A stretch of DNA of 62,459 nt, counting the filler, from Vermamoeba vermiformis (Eukaryota): assembly GCA_045837725.1 (NCBI GenBank). It is 7 parts of 7 records of this genome, joined end to end, with 100 filler letters (N's around TTAATTAATTAA, not from the genome) between each part and the next. Parts side by side here need not be neighbours in the genome. Positions count along the whole stretch, not along the records: positions 1 to 8,288 come from JBEWZL010000262.1; positions 8,389 to 30,067 come from JBEWZL010000268.1; 5 more parts are not named here. The stretch is one strand, 5' to 3'. The position numbers were made by a program, and so were the translations under genes. Shown in pieces: positions 1 through 11,897 of the stretch. Numbering within the stretch: the stretch's first letter is position 1; each line of letters starts with the position of its first letter. Below the pieces are notes generated by a model. That model was given only the letters and a program-made list of their open reading frames with translations, was not told where the DNA came from and made no database searches.

Positions 1-320
1 TCTTTTCTTAACAATAAATCGAGGAAGATTAATTACATACGTAGGTAACTAGGGCATCATGAGGTTCTTTTCCTTCGGCAAACACTGAATTTAAGTAAAT
101 TAATTTCGAATCTAATTTTTGATTCGGAACGAGAAATAGAATCAGCCATGTAACCATGAATTTATTTAAAAATAGATTATTTTATATTATATTTACTATA
201 CTATTCCAAACTCTTACCGGAAAATAATGCATGTTTCGCCAGATCATGCATTGAATTGTGAACCTTGGATGTGATTTCCTTGAGCCACTTCGCTTGCTTA
301 GCAAGAAACTCTTTGTCCAT
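1..320 (-). CDS. 5' part of an unknown intron-containing gene running off the window edge
   Basis: ATG at 320 (MDKEFLAKQAKWLKEITSKVHNSMHDLAKHALFS), GTAAGA donor near 217, second small exon VFAEGKEPHDALVT followed by a GTATGT donor near 40. No recognisable family. Confidence 0.45.
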
Positions 321-477
321 TGCAGTTGTTGTACAAAGAGAAAGAAATACTAAACGTTTCGGTTTTTCTTGAGTTTGCCTCGCGGCAAACTCCACAAAGT
401 TCCTCCGAAAAATTCTTTCGCAAAATAGTATTTTCTTGCATTGCAGAGAAATTTTGTCCAATTGCCCTCGCTTACCA

Positions 478-1284
478 ATGCAACCACCAGAACAAGTTGC
501 AGTTTTCCAAGACATTCCGTCCGTTTGGAATTATCAGTCGAACCAACCTTCGCATCCTGGTCTTTCTATTGCGCGGTGGCAAGGCCGAGAGTACCTTTGG
601 TTAGTGACATCTGCCGCAGGCAAGGAAAAATTAGCCAAAAAGCCCGGGGTATTTGCATTAAAACCAGCAAGCACAGAAAACAAAAAACTGACGGTGGATT
701 CGTTGCTCAAAGTTTATTGGACCTTCTCCTTACCCTCGGAAGATATGGCTGTTCAATCTAAAGACAAGTTTTACATCAGCAAAACTAAGTTTGACAAGTA
801 AGTGTATCACATAACGTTCACAACTTGAAATTAATTACTTTGCAGGGAAAAAGAAATTGCCAATTATAATTTTACATTATCCGATCTAAAAGATATGTGG
901 AAAAGTGGATTAACCGCGCAAAACGTTCCAGAAATGATGGACTACTCGCAAAAGAAAACGAACAAAAAAAACCGAAACCTGATCCCTGATCTACGAGGAC
1001 AACTTGTTGCCTGCGATGGCGTTGAAGGAACATATATCGTAGTTAGCACCAGTCACTTCGTCAAAGTGAACACTGATGCAACAATATGGGAAGTTGAAAC
1101 CGAAGGGCGCAAGGTCAAACGGCTACTCGATCAAGTCTTCACCGTTCCAATTTCTTGGCTGGTCTATAAGGAAGACAAAGAGGATGCAGGCGCGGTGAGC
1201 GCTTTAATTAGCAACAGGATTCATACCTTATTCAATCCAGAGCTAACTGTAGTTAAGCCTTGGTGCAAGAAGCTTAACAATTGA
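478..1284 (+). CDS. hypothetical protein, two exons
   Basis: ATG 478 in ORF 436..801, GTAAGT donor at 798, TTTGCAG acceptor ~845, continues through ORF 895..1284 to TGA. No family recognised. Confidence 0.6.
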
Positions 1285-1304
1285 AACTGCGATAAACTTG
1301 CCAT

Positions 1305-3749
1305 TTATTTTTTAGTTTCGTCTCTAGGGTTCTGACTATTTACAAAATTATTCTCATAAAATCGTTTGATCATTGCCGTGTCAATATCCAACAACGACAC
1401 AATCATCGGATCCTCGTTCAAATCATAATACATAATTTCCATGAGTCCTTCAAGACTATACAGCCATACTTCGAGTTTCTTAGCGATATCTTTAACTTCA
1501 TTAGGGCTATAAATCTTCAATCGTTCAAATTCCGTGTTTGATAAGCCCAATACAGTTTCGATGATCTGAAAAAAAGTTGTTTTAGTTAAAGGTATTGCAG
1601 CAATATTAAGGTAAAATATACTTACGTCGCTTTGTAATGAACATATCATAGTGCCTGTACCGTCGTCTATTTTCACTTTCAAGAAATATTTTTCTTTCGT
1701 TTGAAACGAATTTTTGACCAACTCCATGACCGCGACCTATCACACGATCATATTAATATAAACTGTTTCATATTATCGACCATATAGTTTTATTACCTTA
1801 ACTCGAATAAGCTTGTCTAATGTCTTGCCTTGTTCTTGTATTTCAGCGATGTAAGTGAAACACGGATCATGAACCATCGTCACATCAGATTGGTCTGGAA
1901 GTTGCAATTAGCACGTGACAGTAATACTATAATAGGCAAATATAGTACCTAGACCACCTAAAAGATCAAATCCGTCGTCAGCGTCGTAGTCGTCAAAATC
2001 ATGCATGTCCGCATCTTGCGCGATATGACCTGTTTGGACATATATAACTTAGTATCATCGTTAATATAAAGGGTCATGATATGATATACCTTTCATAGGC
2101 TGCGTTGGCATTTGATCAACGTCTTCTGGATCTTCAGTCTTAATGTCCACGAGAGTTCTGGTGCCTTCTTTAGCCATCTCTTCATCGTTCAAAGTATCAA
2201 AAGTTTCTTCTTTTATAACGACGCCTTTCACCGTGTTACTAGTAACTTGTGCCTGTGGTGACCGTAACATAGCTTGTTGTTCCATTTGATCAATGGCGTT
2301 AATCGTCTCTTCGTCCAAACTGTCCATCGGTTCGTCCATGTACGGCGCACTTCCCGCACCGTGATCAATTTCGCCGTACAAACTGCCGTGAGAACTTCCG
2401 CTCATTCTCCGCTGTAATTCCGCACTCGTTCGAGGACTCTGATTGACACTTCCTGGTGACATTTGTGGGCCACCTGCGCTCAACGGTGACACAGATAAAT
2501 TTGAGCCTATTGATTGTCGTCCTAACGGCGGTGAAAAAGACAAATTATTATTATTATTATTGAATCTATTACTATTATTATTATTGCTATTATTATCGTT
2601 GAACGAGTCTGTTGGAAATATCGGACTGCTGTTGGTACTAAATTGATTGGACTTTCTCATCGTGTTCACTGGTGACGTCATCGGACTCGTCATGGGACTG
2701 CTAATAACTCGTCCGGTGTTATTGCTGTTATTACCATTTATGGTAATATTATTCGTGTTGGTATTAATGTCCTGTGACGCGCCTTCTTCCAGTGCTTCTT
2801 CAGCCAATCGTTTTTCTTCCAATTCTTTTTCCAAGTCACGCACATCTTCTTCACCACCTTCGCCTATTCTCATCCACTCAGCGGGAATGAGACTAAAAAT
2901 AGAACGAAAAATTAATGAGGGTTTGGAGGGAGTAGGTTTCAGTCTAACCTTCGAATAGCATTTTGTCGAGCTTGTGCTGCTTCAGTGATTAATCGTTTCA
3001 CTGAACCGCCTAATAGCCGCACATTACTGTCCTATTATAATTAGTCGTTAGTAAAGCGATAAAAAATTAATCGGATCTGGCTTACTTGAAGTAATAACAT
3101 TCCGCGTCGTACTAATACGTCCCAGATAACGATCTAAATTAATACTATGTTAGTATAATAATAATATGATAATTTATTATTACCTTAACGCCAACGTGAT
3201 CAACTTTGAGCTGTTTGATTGGTTTGTATTCGAGACCGAATAATCGTTGCTTGCCGTCGGTCAATGAAAATTTTAGTACACGTGAAGCATTGTCTTTATA
3301 TCGAGTGTCCATTGGCTCACCGATGTTAACGATTTCGTCTGGCGAAGGTACCGTTAGATCCCGCCAAATTTTAAATTGAGGAATTTTTTTAATAAGCTTA
3401 AAATATTGCAAAAAATATTTAGTAATTATTAGAAGCAAAAATAATGCCAATTAATTGGCTGGAATTATTCTTCGAATTTTTGTATTTTTAACTCACCGAT
3501 CTGGACCACGTATTTTCCTTGTAACACTTTATCGTGCATTTTAACCACATTATCTGGTAGACATCCTTCGCCAACTATATTAAGGTCTGAATACAAAAAT
3601 TGCTGAAACGCATCCTCGATCAATTTCGTGGACTTGATGTTCCGCAGATGTGCTGCGCATTCTGATGCCCATTCTTGTTTCACCTTAATATTCTCTTTGG
3701 CGAGTGAGTTGATAATAGCACTAACATCGCTTGCTTGTGCTGATGACAT
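1305..3749 (-). CDS. RMI1: RecQ-mediated genome instability protein 1 (N-terminal helical + OB fold, low-complexity linker, C-terminal OB fold), multi-exon
   Basis: IKVKQEW, FQQFLYSDL..IGEGCLP, LQGKYVVQI/DEIVNIG, RVLKFSLTDGKQ..FGLEYKPI, VRRGMLLL are RMI1_N motifs; C-terminal LKVKIDDGTG and SLEGLMEI match RMI1_C; canonical introns link the ORFs. Confidence 0.88.
2540..2790 (-). repeat. AAT/AAC triplet low-complexity tract encoding Asn runs and SPMT repeats inside RMI1
   Basis: (TTA)n runs on + strand; translation NDNNSNNNNSNRFNNNNNN, SSPMTSPMTSPV in ORF 2061..2873. Confidence 0.85.
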
Positions 3750-3861
3750 TTCATACTGAAAATAAAATTGATTTTCTTTCACACTGTCATCGGGCAACCA
3801 CAACGCCCTTGGTTCGTCACGGTCGCTAATTTAAACATATATTACATAATAAATATTACTG

Positions 3862-6756
3862 ATGGAGAATGTAAGTTAAAGCCAGGACATGGAAACACGG
3901 ATTCAGAAAAAAAATAGAACGTGTCAAATAGCATTTATTCTATTATTATTATTTTTAATGTAGCAGTAGAGCCGTATTTATGCTTTTCAGTGCAGTTAAG
4001 TTCATTCCTAACCCGATATTTTTTAGGTTTTTTTGGATGTCGCGGTCAATCTCGACTTGGAGCCCGTGAAGCTTGATTCTATAGATATCAAGGATCAAAT
4101 TAGTCAAAATATTGCAGATTTATTCCCCGAAGCTCCAGGAGTTACAGAAGCAATTGAAAATACGATCCGGCTTGAGCCAGGAAGAACTCTGTTGCACAAG
4201 AACATGATGCATTATTTGACTCTCGCGTGGTACAATCACTTTTCAGTGGTGATATCGCCTGACATGATCTTTTACACGGTCTTGTGCGTGTTGGCAGAAA
4301 CGATCAAAACAGAACCAGAGGCGTATCGACATTTATTCACTGATAGCACTGAAAAGAAACGCATATTAACCACACCTATAAATGGGCGGATAGATCTGGA
4401 TCAAGTGGTGGCTGGTAAGCTGAATCCAAAACTCCATCCGGAAATTCTCCTTTTTTTCTGACATAAGTCTGCCTCAGCTTTATCGAAAAATATAGCCGTC
4501 GATGCATCGCTATTTACTGCAGAGTTTTCAACGACCAATAGCGAGTCTCGTCTTGCGATCCAAGCTGCTTTTTGTGACGCCATGTCGCCTTACTATTATA
4601 ACGCTCTCACTAAGTGTGGAATTCCCCGTATTAAAGTATTGGGAACAAAACAAGACTGGAATACATTGGAAAAGAAGCTTTACAGAATGGCCACCGAAGT
4701 TTTCAATTCAGAAATGAAAACAAGCGAAGATTACGAAGGACACAACCGAGTTGTTAAATATTTGAACAACGTTATTGAAATCGTGCAAAAGATTCAAACA
4801 GATAATACAAAGGAGTTCTGGAAAGAGATGTATCAAATCGATAAATGCAGATCCGGTCACACAAACTTCGTCAAAGGCTGGATCAACAAGTTGTACAACA
4901 GTGGCCAGGGCAATGATTTCTACAACTATGAACCACATATTTCAATCGTATCATACAAGGATATTGATAGTCAAAAAGAATACGAACTGCGTTGTGGTTT
5001 GTTGTTCAGTTCGATCGAACAAGACGCATCTGAACTTGACCTCAAATATCCTTGGTAAGTAAATTGACTGTATCACTTATTATAGTTTAATAATATCATC
5101 GTTATTAGGTTGGTCCCTCACTTCGCTCACATTGTTCTTGACAAAAGTGTGAAAATGACAGTTGAACAGTACAAGAATTACATCGACAAAGCAGTAACAG
5201 GAGAATATCACACTCTAATTACAGGCTTTTTTGACGTTCTCAAAGACGATCAAATATTGTTAGGTTCAAAAGCTGAACGACCAAAACAGCGTCTTGAAAT
5301 CGTTGGCAGACAACTCGACTATTGGACTGCGCAGCCGGATCTGATCACCGAGATTGACTTTTCATCTCCGAAATTCGAAGTAGCTTTAGGCTATCATTGT
5401 TCTAAGACATTAAGGCCAGAAATGGAAAGTCTGCTGTCAAAGTTGAAGACATTTTTTGACACGTGTCAAATCAGATCCGTAAATATTGACGTCAATTCAT
5501 TCCACGAATTTGAAGACAGAATCATCCAGCTTCTAGTCGGAAATGCTCATTTAGAGGACTTGACACTGAACGGCTATGAATTATATGAGTGGATAAACGA
5601 AGACACGGACGACGAAGAAAGAATTTTCCCAGCAATTAACGCTTTATGCTCATTACTTTCACACCCTCAATGCCGATTGAAATCTCTCAAAATAACAGGA
5701 AATCCGCGTCAAGGCTCTAGTGTTGCCCTCGCAAAGGCACTGCTTAGTATGGAACGTCCGTTGGAGCAGATTGAACTCCAAACAGTGGAAGACATCGACC
5801 TCGCGGACGCAATTTTTGAACTTGCAGCAAAAGGTCACCTAAAACGATTACGTTGCGAGGAAAGTAGAAATAACGTTGAAGCCAATAAGAAGATTTTATT
5901 GGCCATTGCAGCTTCTCGAACACTAGAAGATACTCAAATATTCAGCATTGGACGGGAGTGTCCGTTAGATATTTTCGAAGAATTGGCAAAGAATTTGCCG
6001 CAAAATACGAACTTGAAGTCGTTGAAATTGAAAGTTATTGGATTCCGCAACGATTATTACAACAACGAGTTACTGAATCGATTATTGAGCATTCCGTCGT
6101 TACAAAAACTCGATCTGGAGCCATCAACTGACTTCGGATTCTTATCAAACACACCTTTGTTGCAGTATTTGAAGGCGGGAGGTAGCGGCCTTCAACTGGC
6201 AAAATTTTTGCAAAGTGACACCTGTCAACTTCAACACTTGAATTTGTATCCCAGTCGGGCCTCGTTCCTGGACGAATTAGGCGAAGCATTGGTTACGAAC
6301 AAATCTTTGCAAAAATTGGAGCTTAACGCGTCTGGTGATAAGTCTCGAGAAAAAGTTTCAACAAAATTTGGTCAATATTTGGCGACAGCATTGACGAATC
6401 GAATTCCATTGAGAGACTTACGTATCGAATATTACTTACATATCGAATATGAAGCAACGGAAAGAATCATCCAGGCCATCATTCATCATCCGTATATAGA
6501 ACGATTGGTTATTAGCCACTCGGAAGTAAACTCCGAACAAGGCATGGAATACGTAATCGACCTCGTTAAAACGAACAAAACCATCAAAGAGTTGTTTATT
6601 TCCGAGTCTTATTCTGCCAAGGCTCCGAACTGGACGGAAGAACAACAAAAAAGACTTATCGAGGCTTTGGCACAAAGCGAGACGTTGATCGGATTTCGTT
6701 TGCCACGTGTTCCTACCTCTCAATATAAGCAAAAATCTAACCCGCCCTTATGGTGA
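3862..6756 (+). CDS. DUF4419-like domain fused to ribonuclease-inhibitor-like LRR region, four exons
   Basis: Exon 1 ATG GAG AAT (3862-3870) + GTAAGT, acceptor at 4026 in phase; AWYNHFSVVISPDMI and CGIPRIKVLGTKQDW, GWINKL resemble DUF4419; intron 5055-5108 joins to ORF 5110..6756 with LxxLxL repeats (LVTNKSLQKLEL, KTNKTIKELFI). Confidence 0.7.
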
Positions 6757-6800
6757 TAAATAAATATTTTATTTCGCAGTAGTTTGCGTTGACAAAAATA

Positions 6801-7904
6801 TTATTCGACCATTGCTGGCTTTTGAGCTCTTCGTTTCAATACTACAACGTACGCGGTTAAGCCTGCCACTGTTGCCAAAGTCATCATGAACAGCACCATA
6901 AGAGCTAAAAAATACGAAGTTAATTTTTGTTCTAGGAAATTTCGACCGATTTTGATGGGTACTTACTGATTTGTCCAGCAGGCCATCCTTGTCCGTACAT
7001 TCTGCCGTACGAGTCTGTACTATTTCTAACCGCCGTCGAGTCTACACCTAACACAATAGATCCGACAATACCGCCGCTGTAACTTGACGTCGGGTCCAAA
7101 AACTGCAGATCCAACAACGAGTACTCGCCGTGAGATTGCTTATAGATTCCATCCGATTCCAAAGCTGTTCTAGCGACAGATGAGTGTTGATTGTACGGAG
7201 ATAATTGAGCAATAGCAGCGGTGAATGTTTCGTTAAAAAATAATTGGCCGGTATGAGAAACATGACCGCCAGTGATGGATCCGTTGGATTCGTCGATGGT
7301 AGAATTAATATGGACTTTAATATGGATATGCGTAACTCGTCCTTGGTACCTATAATACAAAAAGAGTTAATAAGCTGCCATTCAGGCAATTTAATACTAA
7401 ATTTTCGAAAACTTGTTCAGGTCTTAATATTACGTACCAGCCAGGGTAAATGGTCTTAAATGAAGCAATACCATTGCCATCAGTAAATTGAATACCGCGC
7501 AAGAAAGTTTCGTCTTCGGTGCCCTCGGATTCGTAGGCCGAATAAACGCCTTGAGAATTGCAATGCCAGATGTCGACTGCTGCTCCTACGATAGGCTGGC
7601 AGGTGTTTGTATCAATTACAGTAACATTTAATATCATAGTGATGCCGGTATTGCCTTCCCTATTATGAGAAATGGTCAGATCCAAGTCGTCAATTAATTT
7701 GACATTGACGTTTTGTCTGACAATATCACATAGCGTAATAATTTACACTTACGTAATGTCTTGTCGCACGAGCATATCATCAGCATAATAAGGGCCTTCC
7801 ACGGCTTCAGGAATCAGTGTGCAAGTGGATGTCAGGCAAGCAGATCGAACGTTATTTGTCCACAAGAGAGCTATCAGCACGATTAAATGTATTATACGTT
7901 GCAT
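6801..7904 (-). CDS. intradiol ring-cleavage dioxygenase-like protein with signal peptide and C-terminal transmembrane segment
   Basis: EGPYY, DTNTCQPIVGAAVDIWHCNSQGVYS, FLRGIQFTD..G.ASFKTIYPGW-YQGRVTHIHIKVH; hydrophobic N-terminus MQRIIHLIVLIALLW; last exon LFMVLFMMTLATVAGLTAYVVVLKRR then TAA at 6801-6803. Confidence 0.85.
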
Positions 7905-8288
7905 TATTGTCAATTTGTGTTGTTATATATTAAACTATTTAATTGAATGGATAATAGGCTCGATGAAGGATTAAATCACTCCGTGTGTAATTTTCCGATT
8001 ACAGTATGAGGATCTACTATTTCGAATTTGCACGCATTCTGTTCTCATACTCTCTATTCATTAAAGTTATATAATTTAATGCTAATTTGCCGAAATAACA
8101 GCCGTTAATTAGCCGGGAAAAAACGAAGCCACGTAGCGTTCCCTAGATCCAATGTTAGCTTTCGTTAATTATTATCCAAAGTGCCTTATGTACTAACCAA
8201 ATTTTTCTGATTTGTTTGGCTTCCTTGTAGCCTCAGACACGGGCGTCCTACATGCATCTCTTTCTTTCAACCCAAACTGCGACCCCTC

Positions 8289-8388
8289 NNNNNNNNNNNN
8301 NNNNNNNNNNNNNNNNNNNNNNNNNNNNNNNNTTAATTAATTAANNNNNNNNNNNNNNNNNNNNNNNNNNNNNNNNNNNNNNNNNNNN
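8289..8388. other. artificial contig spacer (44 N + TTAATTAATTAA + 44 N)
   Basis: Identical 100-bp structure repeated six times; the 12-mer gives stops in all six frames. Confidence 0.97.
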
Positions 8389-9003
8389 TGCAGAATCGTG
8401 GCTACCAGAGCATAAGAGTGCACTTTGAATTGCATAAGGAGTTTAAATTGAATGAAGTTTCCCCAATTCGGAGTTTAGTCGCTTGATTTTCATTAAAACG
8501 AGTAATTGAGAACAGCTGGACGAACCACAATAAGGTCATGTCTTCTATAATCGCTGGCAAAAATGATTGCGCTGCTTAGGAGCTCGGGTTTGGCGAATTC
8601 GCTTGGCATTCCCAAAATTTCTGGGATATGGCGAAGAACTACCTAAATATCAAATACAACGCTGTAATGATGCAAATATTAAATTCCCCGACTTTTAAGT
8701 TTTTCTGGTCTGCTTCTCCTGATCTGAAACGCACAAAGCAAGGAAAATCTTTTAATTAATCTTGGTCAAACAATTTTATGGGGCTTGCGATTTGTCGAGC
8801 ACCATTTATCTGATGTAAGGGTTAAGGCCGTAGACCATTTGCTGTCAGCAATGGATCCGGGTAATTGCACGGCTACAACTACAAACGACCGAAGAAGAAA
8901 TCAGATTGCAATTCAGTGTAAACGAAAGGCTAGAAATTGATTTTTTTACGACGTTGGGCCGTATTATTTATTTATGCGTAGCTAATACAGATCAATAGCT
9001 TTC

Positions 9004-9903
9004 TTAATCATCTTGCAAAGGGTAGTCCAACGATTCGACGACGTTGATAGTTGCAGTAGCAAGGTTAGAAGTCAAAGTAGAGAAGGGGATGACAGGGTCG
9101 CTGGGGTAAGCGTAAGAGTTAGAAACGATCTTGAAGGCCAAGAAGGGGATCTCCAAAACTTGAGAGAGGTAAGCCTCAGCGGCGGCTTCCATTTCAATAA
9201 TATCGACGCCGGTGTCGACCAAGAAGGGAGTATCGGCGGGAGAAGGATTGTAAGAAGAGGAAGTAGCAATCTTTTTAATAAAATGACGATCAGAATCAAT
9301 AATTAATTTTCAAAGAGTTGCTGAAATTCGACTTACTCTAGCGAGCTTAACGTTGTTGGCGTCAAGAATGCTTTGGTCAACTTGAGCGCATTGGTATTCA
9401 CCGATGCCAAAAGCACCGTAGCCCGGCAAACCAAAGTCAGTTCGGCGATCGAAGTAAGGAGTAGTTTCGTTGTTGGCGCAGACACCAATCTCACCAGTGT
9501 GGAATGCAGTGCTGTAACCACCGGCAATACCGGCAGAAACGATCAGATCAGCCTTGAATCCGTTGAGCAAGACCAAAGTTGAGAGCATGGCGTTTTCAGG
9601 ACCAATGTTTTGAACGCGAGCGGGAGCAGAAAATCTGTCCAAACCAGCGTAGACGGCCTTGTAGTGGATGTTGTTATGAACACCTTCGTAGACACGAGTA
9701 GGCAAGAGAGGGTTGCCAAGGATGCCGCGGGTGTTGTTAACAGCGGTCAAGTTGAGCTGGGCAATGAAGGGAGCGGCTTCGAAGTTGAGAGCGAAGAGCA
9801 AACCAACACGAGGAGGTCTTCGGTATGTTGAGGCATCAGCATTTGAGCCAATGAACACGGCGCAGAGCAGTGCAACGAAGAGAATAGTCTTCAAGAGCTT
9901 CAT
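9004..9903 (-). CDS. secreted purine nucleosidase/phosphorylase superfamily protein (MTA/SAH nucleosidase-like), two exons
   Basis: Signal peptide MKLLKTILFVALLCAVFIG; ALNFE, IGPENA, ADLIVSAGIAGG, IIEMEAAA, IPFLAFKIVSN motifs; phase-0 intron 9271-9336. Confidence 0.82.
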
Positions 9904-10866
9904 GGTAATAATACAAAGGGGTAAGTCTAACTATCTAAACTAGGGTAATTTGTGGTAATATACAGGGGATTTTGGGATTGAAAGAAAATAATTGCAACGA
10001 ACCGTTTTTATACCCGCACTTTTTTCTTCGTACGTTCTCCGACCACGGAGCTCATCATTCCGAGAGCATAAAATTTATTCGCGATAAAAATTAATGTTGC
10101 TTAATTAAACATTGCATGGCGTCGGAATATCCCCGAAGAAAAAATGGTTCACAAAATCTATTAAAAGAATTTATCGCGATTTTGAAATTGAGCTTAGCCT
10201 TGCTTAATATATTGTCATATTTGATGATAATCTTGATAGTTGCAAAATATAGTGCTTCATAAATCAGAAAATCAAAACTGCCAGCGGAAAATTATGTCGC
10301 AATTTTAATCGAAAGGAACCTGAAGTCCCATTGATTTAAATGCAGACTAGCATTATCACGCATATTTGATATGTAGCATTGAGGTATGACCTACTAATGC
10401 TCCAAGACGAATCAGTTTTGCCGTTCACGCAAATTGCGCTGATTCGCTAAATTGCTTTATGTCTTTAACCGTCGGTCGTAGTCCGGTTGAGCAATTCGGA
10501 ATTCTCTTAACGATCGTACGCACTCATTCAACTCGAGTTGATATATGACAGTGCCCACGACATCAGTAAGAAGAAATTATGAGGCAAATTTGACGGATGT
10601 AACTCCGACACAATGGTGAGCGCATCTGCGAATTGTGTAAACGGTAAATTGTGAAATTTATAAGATCCATTTTGCACCTCACGATAGCTCGTGGTTTGAT
10701 TAGATTAACTTATAGGAAGATTCAAAGTGTAGAAAGTCAAGGAGGTACCTTTTTGACTGGATCGCGCACGGAAGTGCATCCGACACTCGACCGCTGTTCT
10801 CTTCATTTCTAGTTCATGATTATGGTCTTAGTGCTGTAATTACTGTTAGTCACGAATATGGCCCCT

Positions 10867-11310
10867 TTACAACCCCGTACATACTTGCTCCGAGGCTAGA
10901 TCTTGCTCGTGTGGTCGCGTAATCACCAGCCAATCAGTGCTCATGTCCTCAATGCCATTATATGGGTGAACGAGGTTATTGCTGTCGCGCGTGCACGTTA
11001 ACAGTGCATCTTGCGGTTTCACTCTCGTTAGGAGACATCCGGCCTCATCATTAGACCAGCTGCGCTTATCGATCCAAGCGGAATATTTGAAGAAGTAGCA
11101 TGGTGAAGGAACGGTGAAGAGCTGAAGGCCCACTAGCCATCGCTAATTGATAGCATGCACTACTTGCTCGCGGTTGCGAGCAGCTGTACCATACTTCAAC
11201 GGGACAACCCACTGGCACCAAGATTTTGCCGGTGTGACGGTGATCCATTTCTTGTGACAACAAACGTGCAGTAAACCACTGTTTTTGTGGTGGCTGACTT
11301 TGTTACGCAT
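10867..11310 (-). pseudogene. possible degraded coding region (one long frame with a single in-frame TAG)
   Basis: ATG 11310 reads MRNKVSHH...VVHAIN, TAG at 11143-11145, then continues in the same frame as ORF 10867..11133; region is more GC-rich than its flanks. No family recognised. Confidence 0.3.
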
Positions 11311-11897
11311 TATCACTTGGCAAGTTGTCTATTATTTAGAGGTAGGAGACTGTAGACGTCTGTCTTGGCCGATGCGCGCCATTTTTGGTTGGTAGTCGCG
11401 AATCTAATAACATTTTATTAATATAAACAGTTTTTTCGTTAGGATCAATATTGAAAAACGGTGAGTAATGCCGAGAAAATCCAGATTTGTTTTTTAATTG
11501 CAATAAGGAAAAATTTAAAATTAAGTGAAAATTAATGACGCAATTTATAACACGAGGTAATATATATTTTGTTAAATTGGAGTTATAATTGAATACGCAT
11601 CATTAACATAAAAATAATAATACTTGTATTAATTCAACAACGGCTACTTGTGTCCCACCTGCTTTTGGTGGCCAAAAATAATTTATTAAGCCCTTACAAT
11701 TATTCTATGTGCCATGATGTGCGCGGTGTCGCTTGATTGTTTAGAAAAGAGACTGGGTTGTTGACCAGTATTTTTGTCGTTTCTAAAAATAGTGCGAGAT
11801 TCTCATTCAACCACCGTTGAAATTACAGCACCGCCCTATGCAATTAAATAGGACCACAGCGTAGATAGTACGATGTTGAAGTTATAAAGTGCAACAA

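Noticed and set aside
2443-2958. Plus-strand Leu-rich ORFs resembling membrane proteins
   Set aside because: They are antisense shadows of the AAT-rich RMI1 exon.
9013-9943. Overlapping plus-strand ORFs opposite the nucleosidase gene
   Set aside because: Expected antisense open frames from biased codon usage; no motifs.
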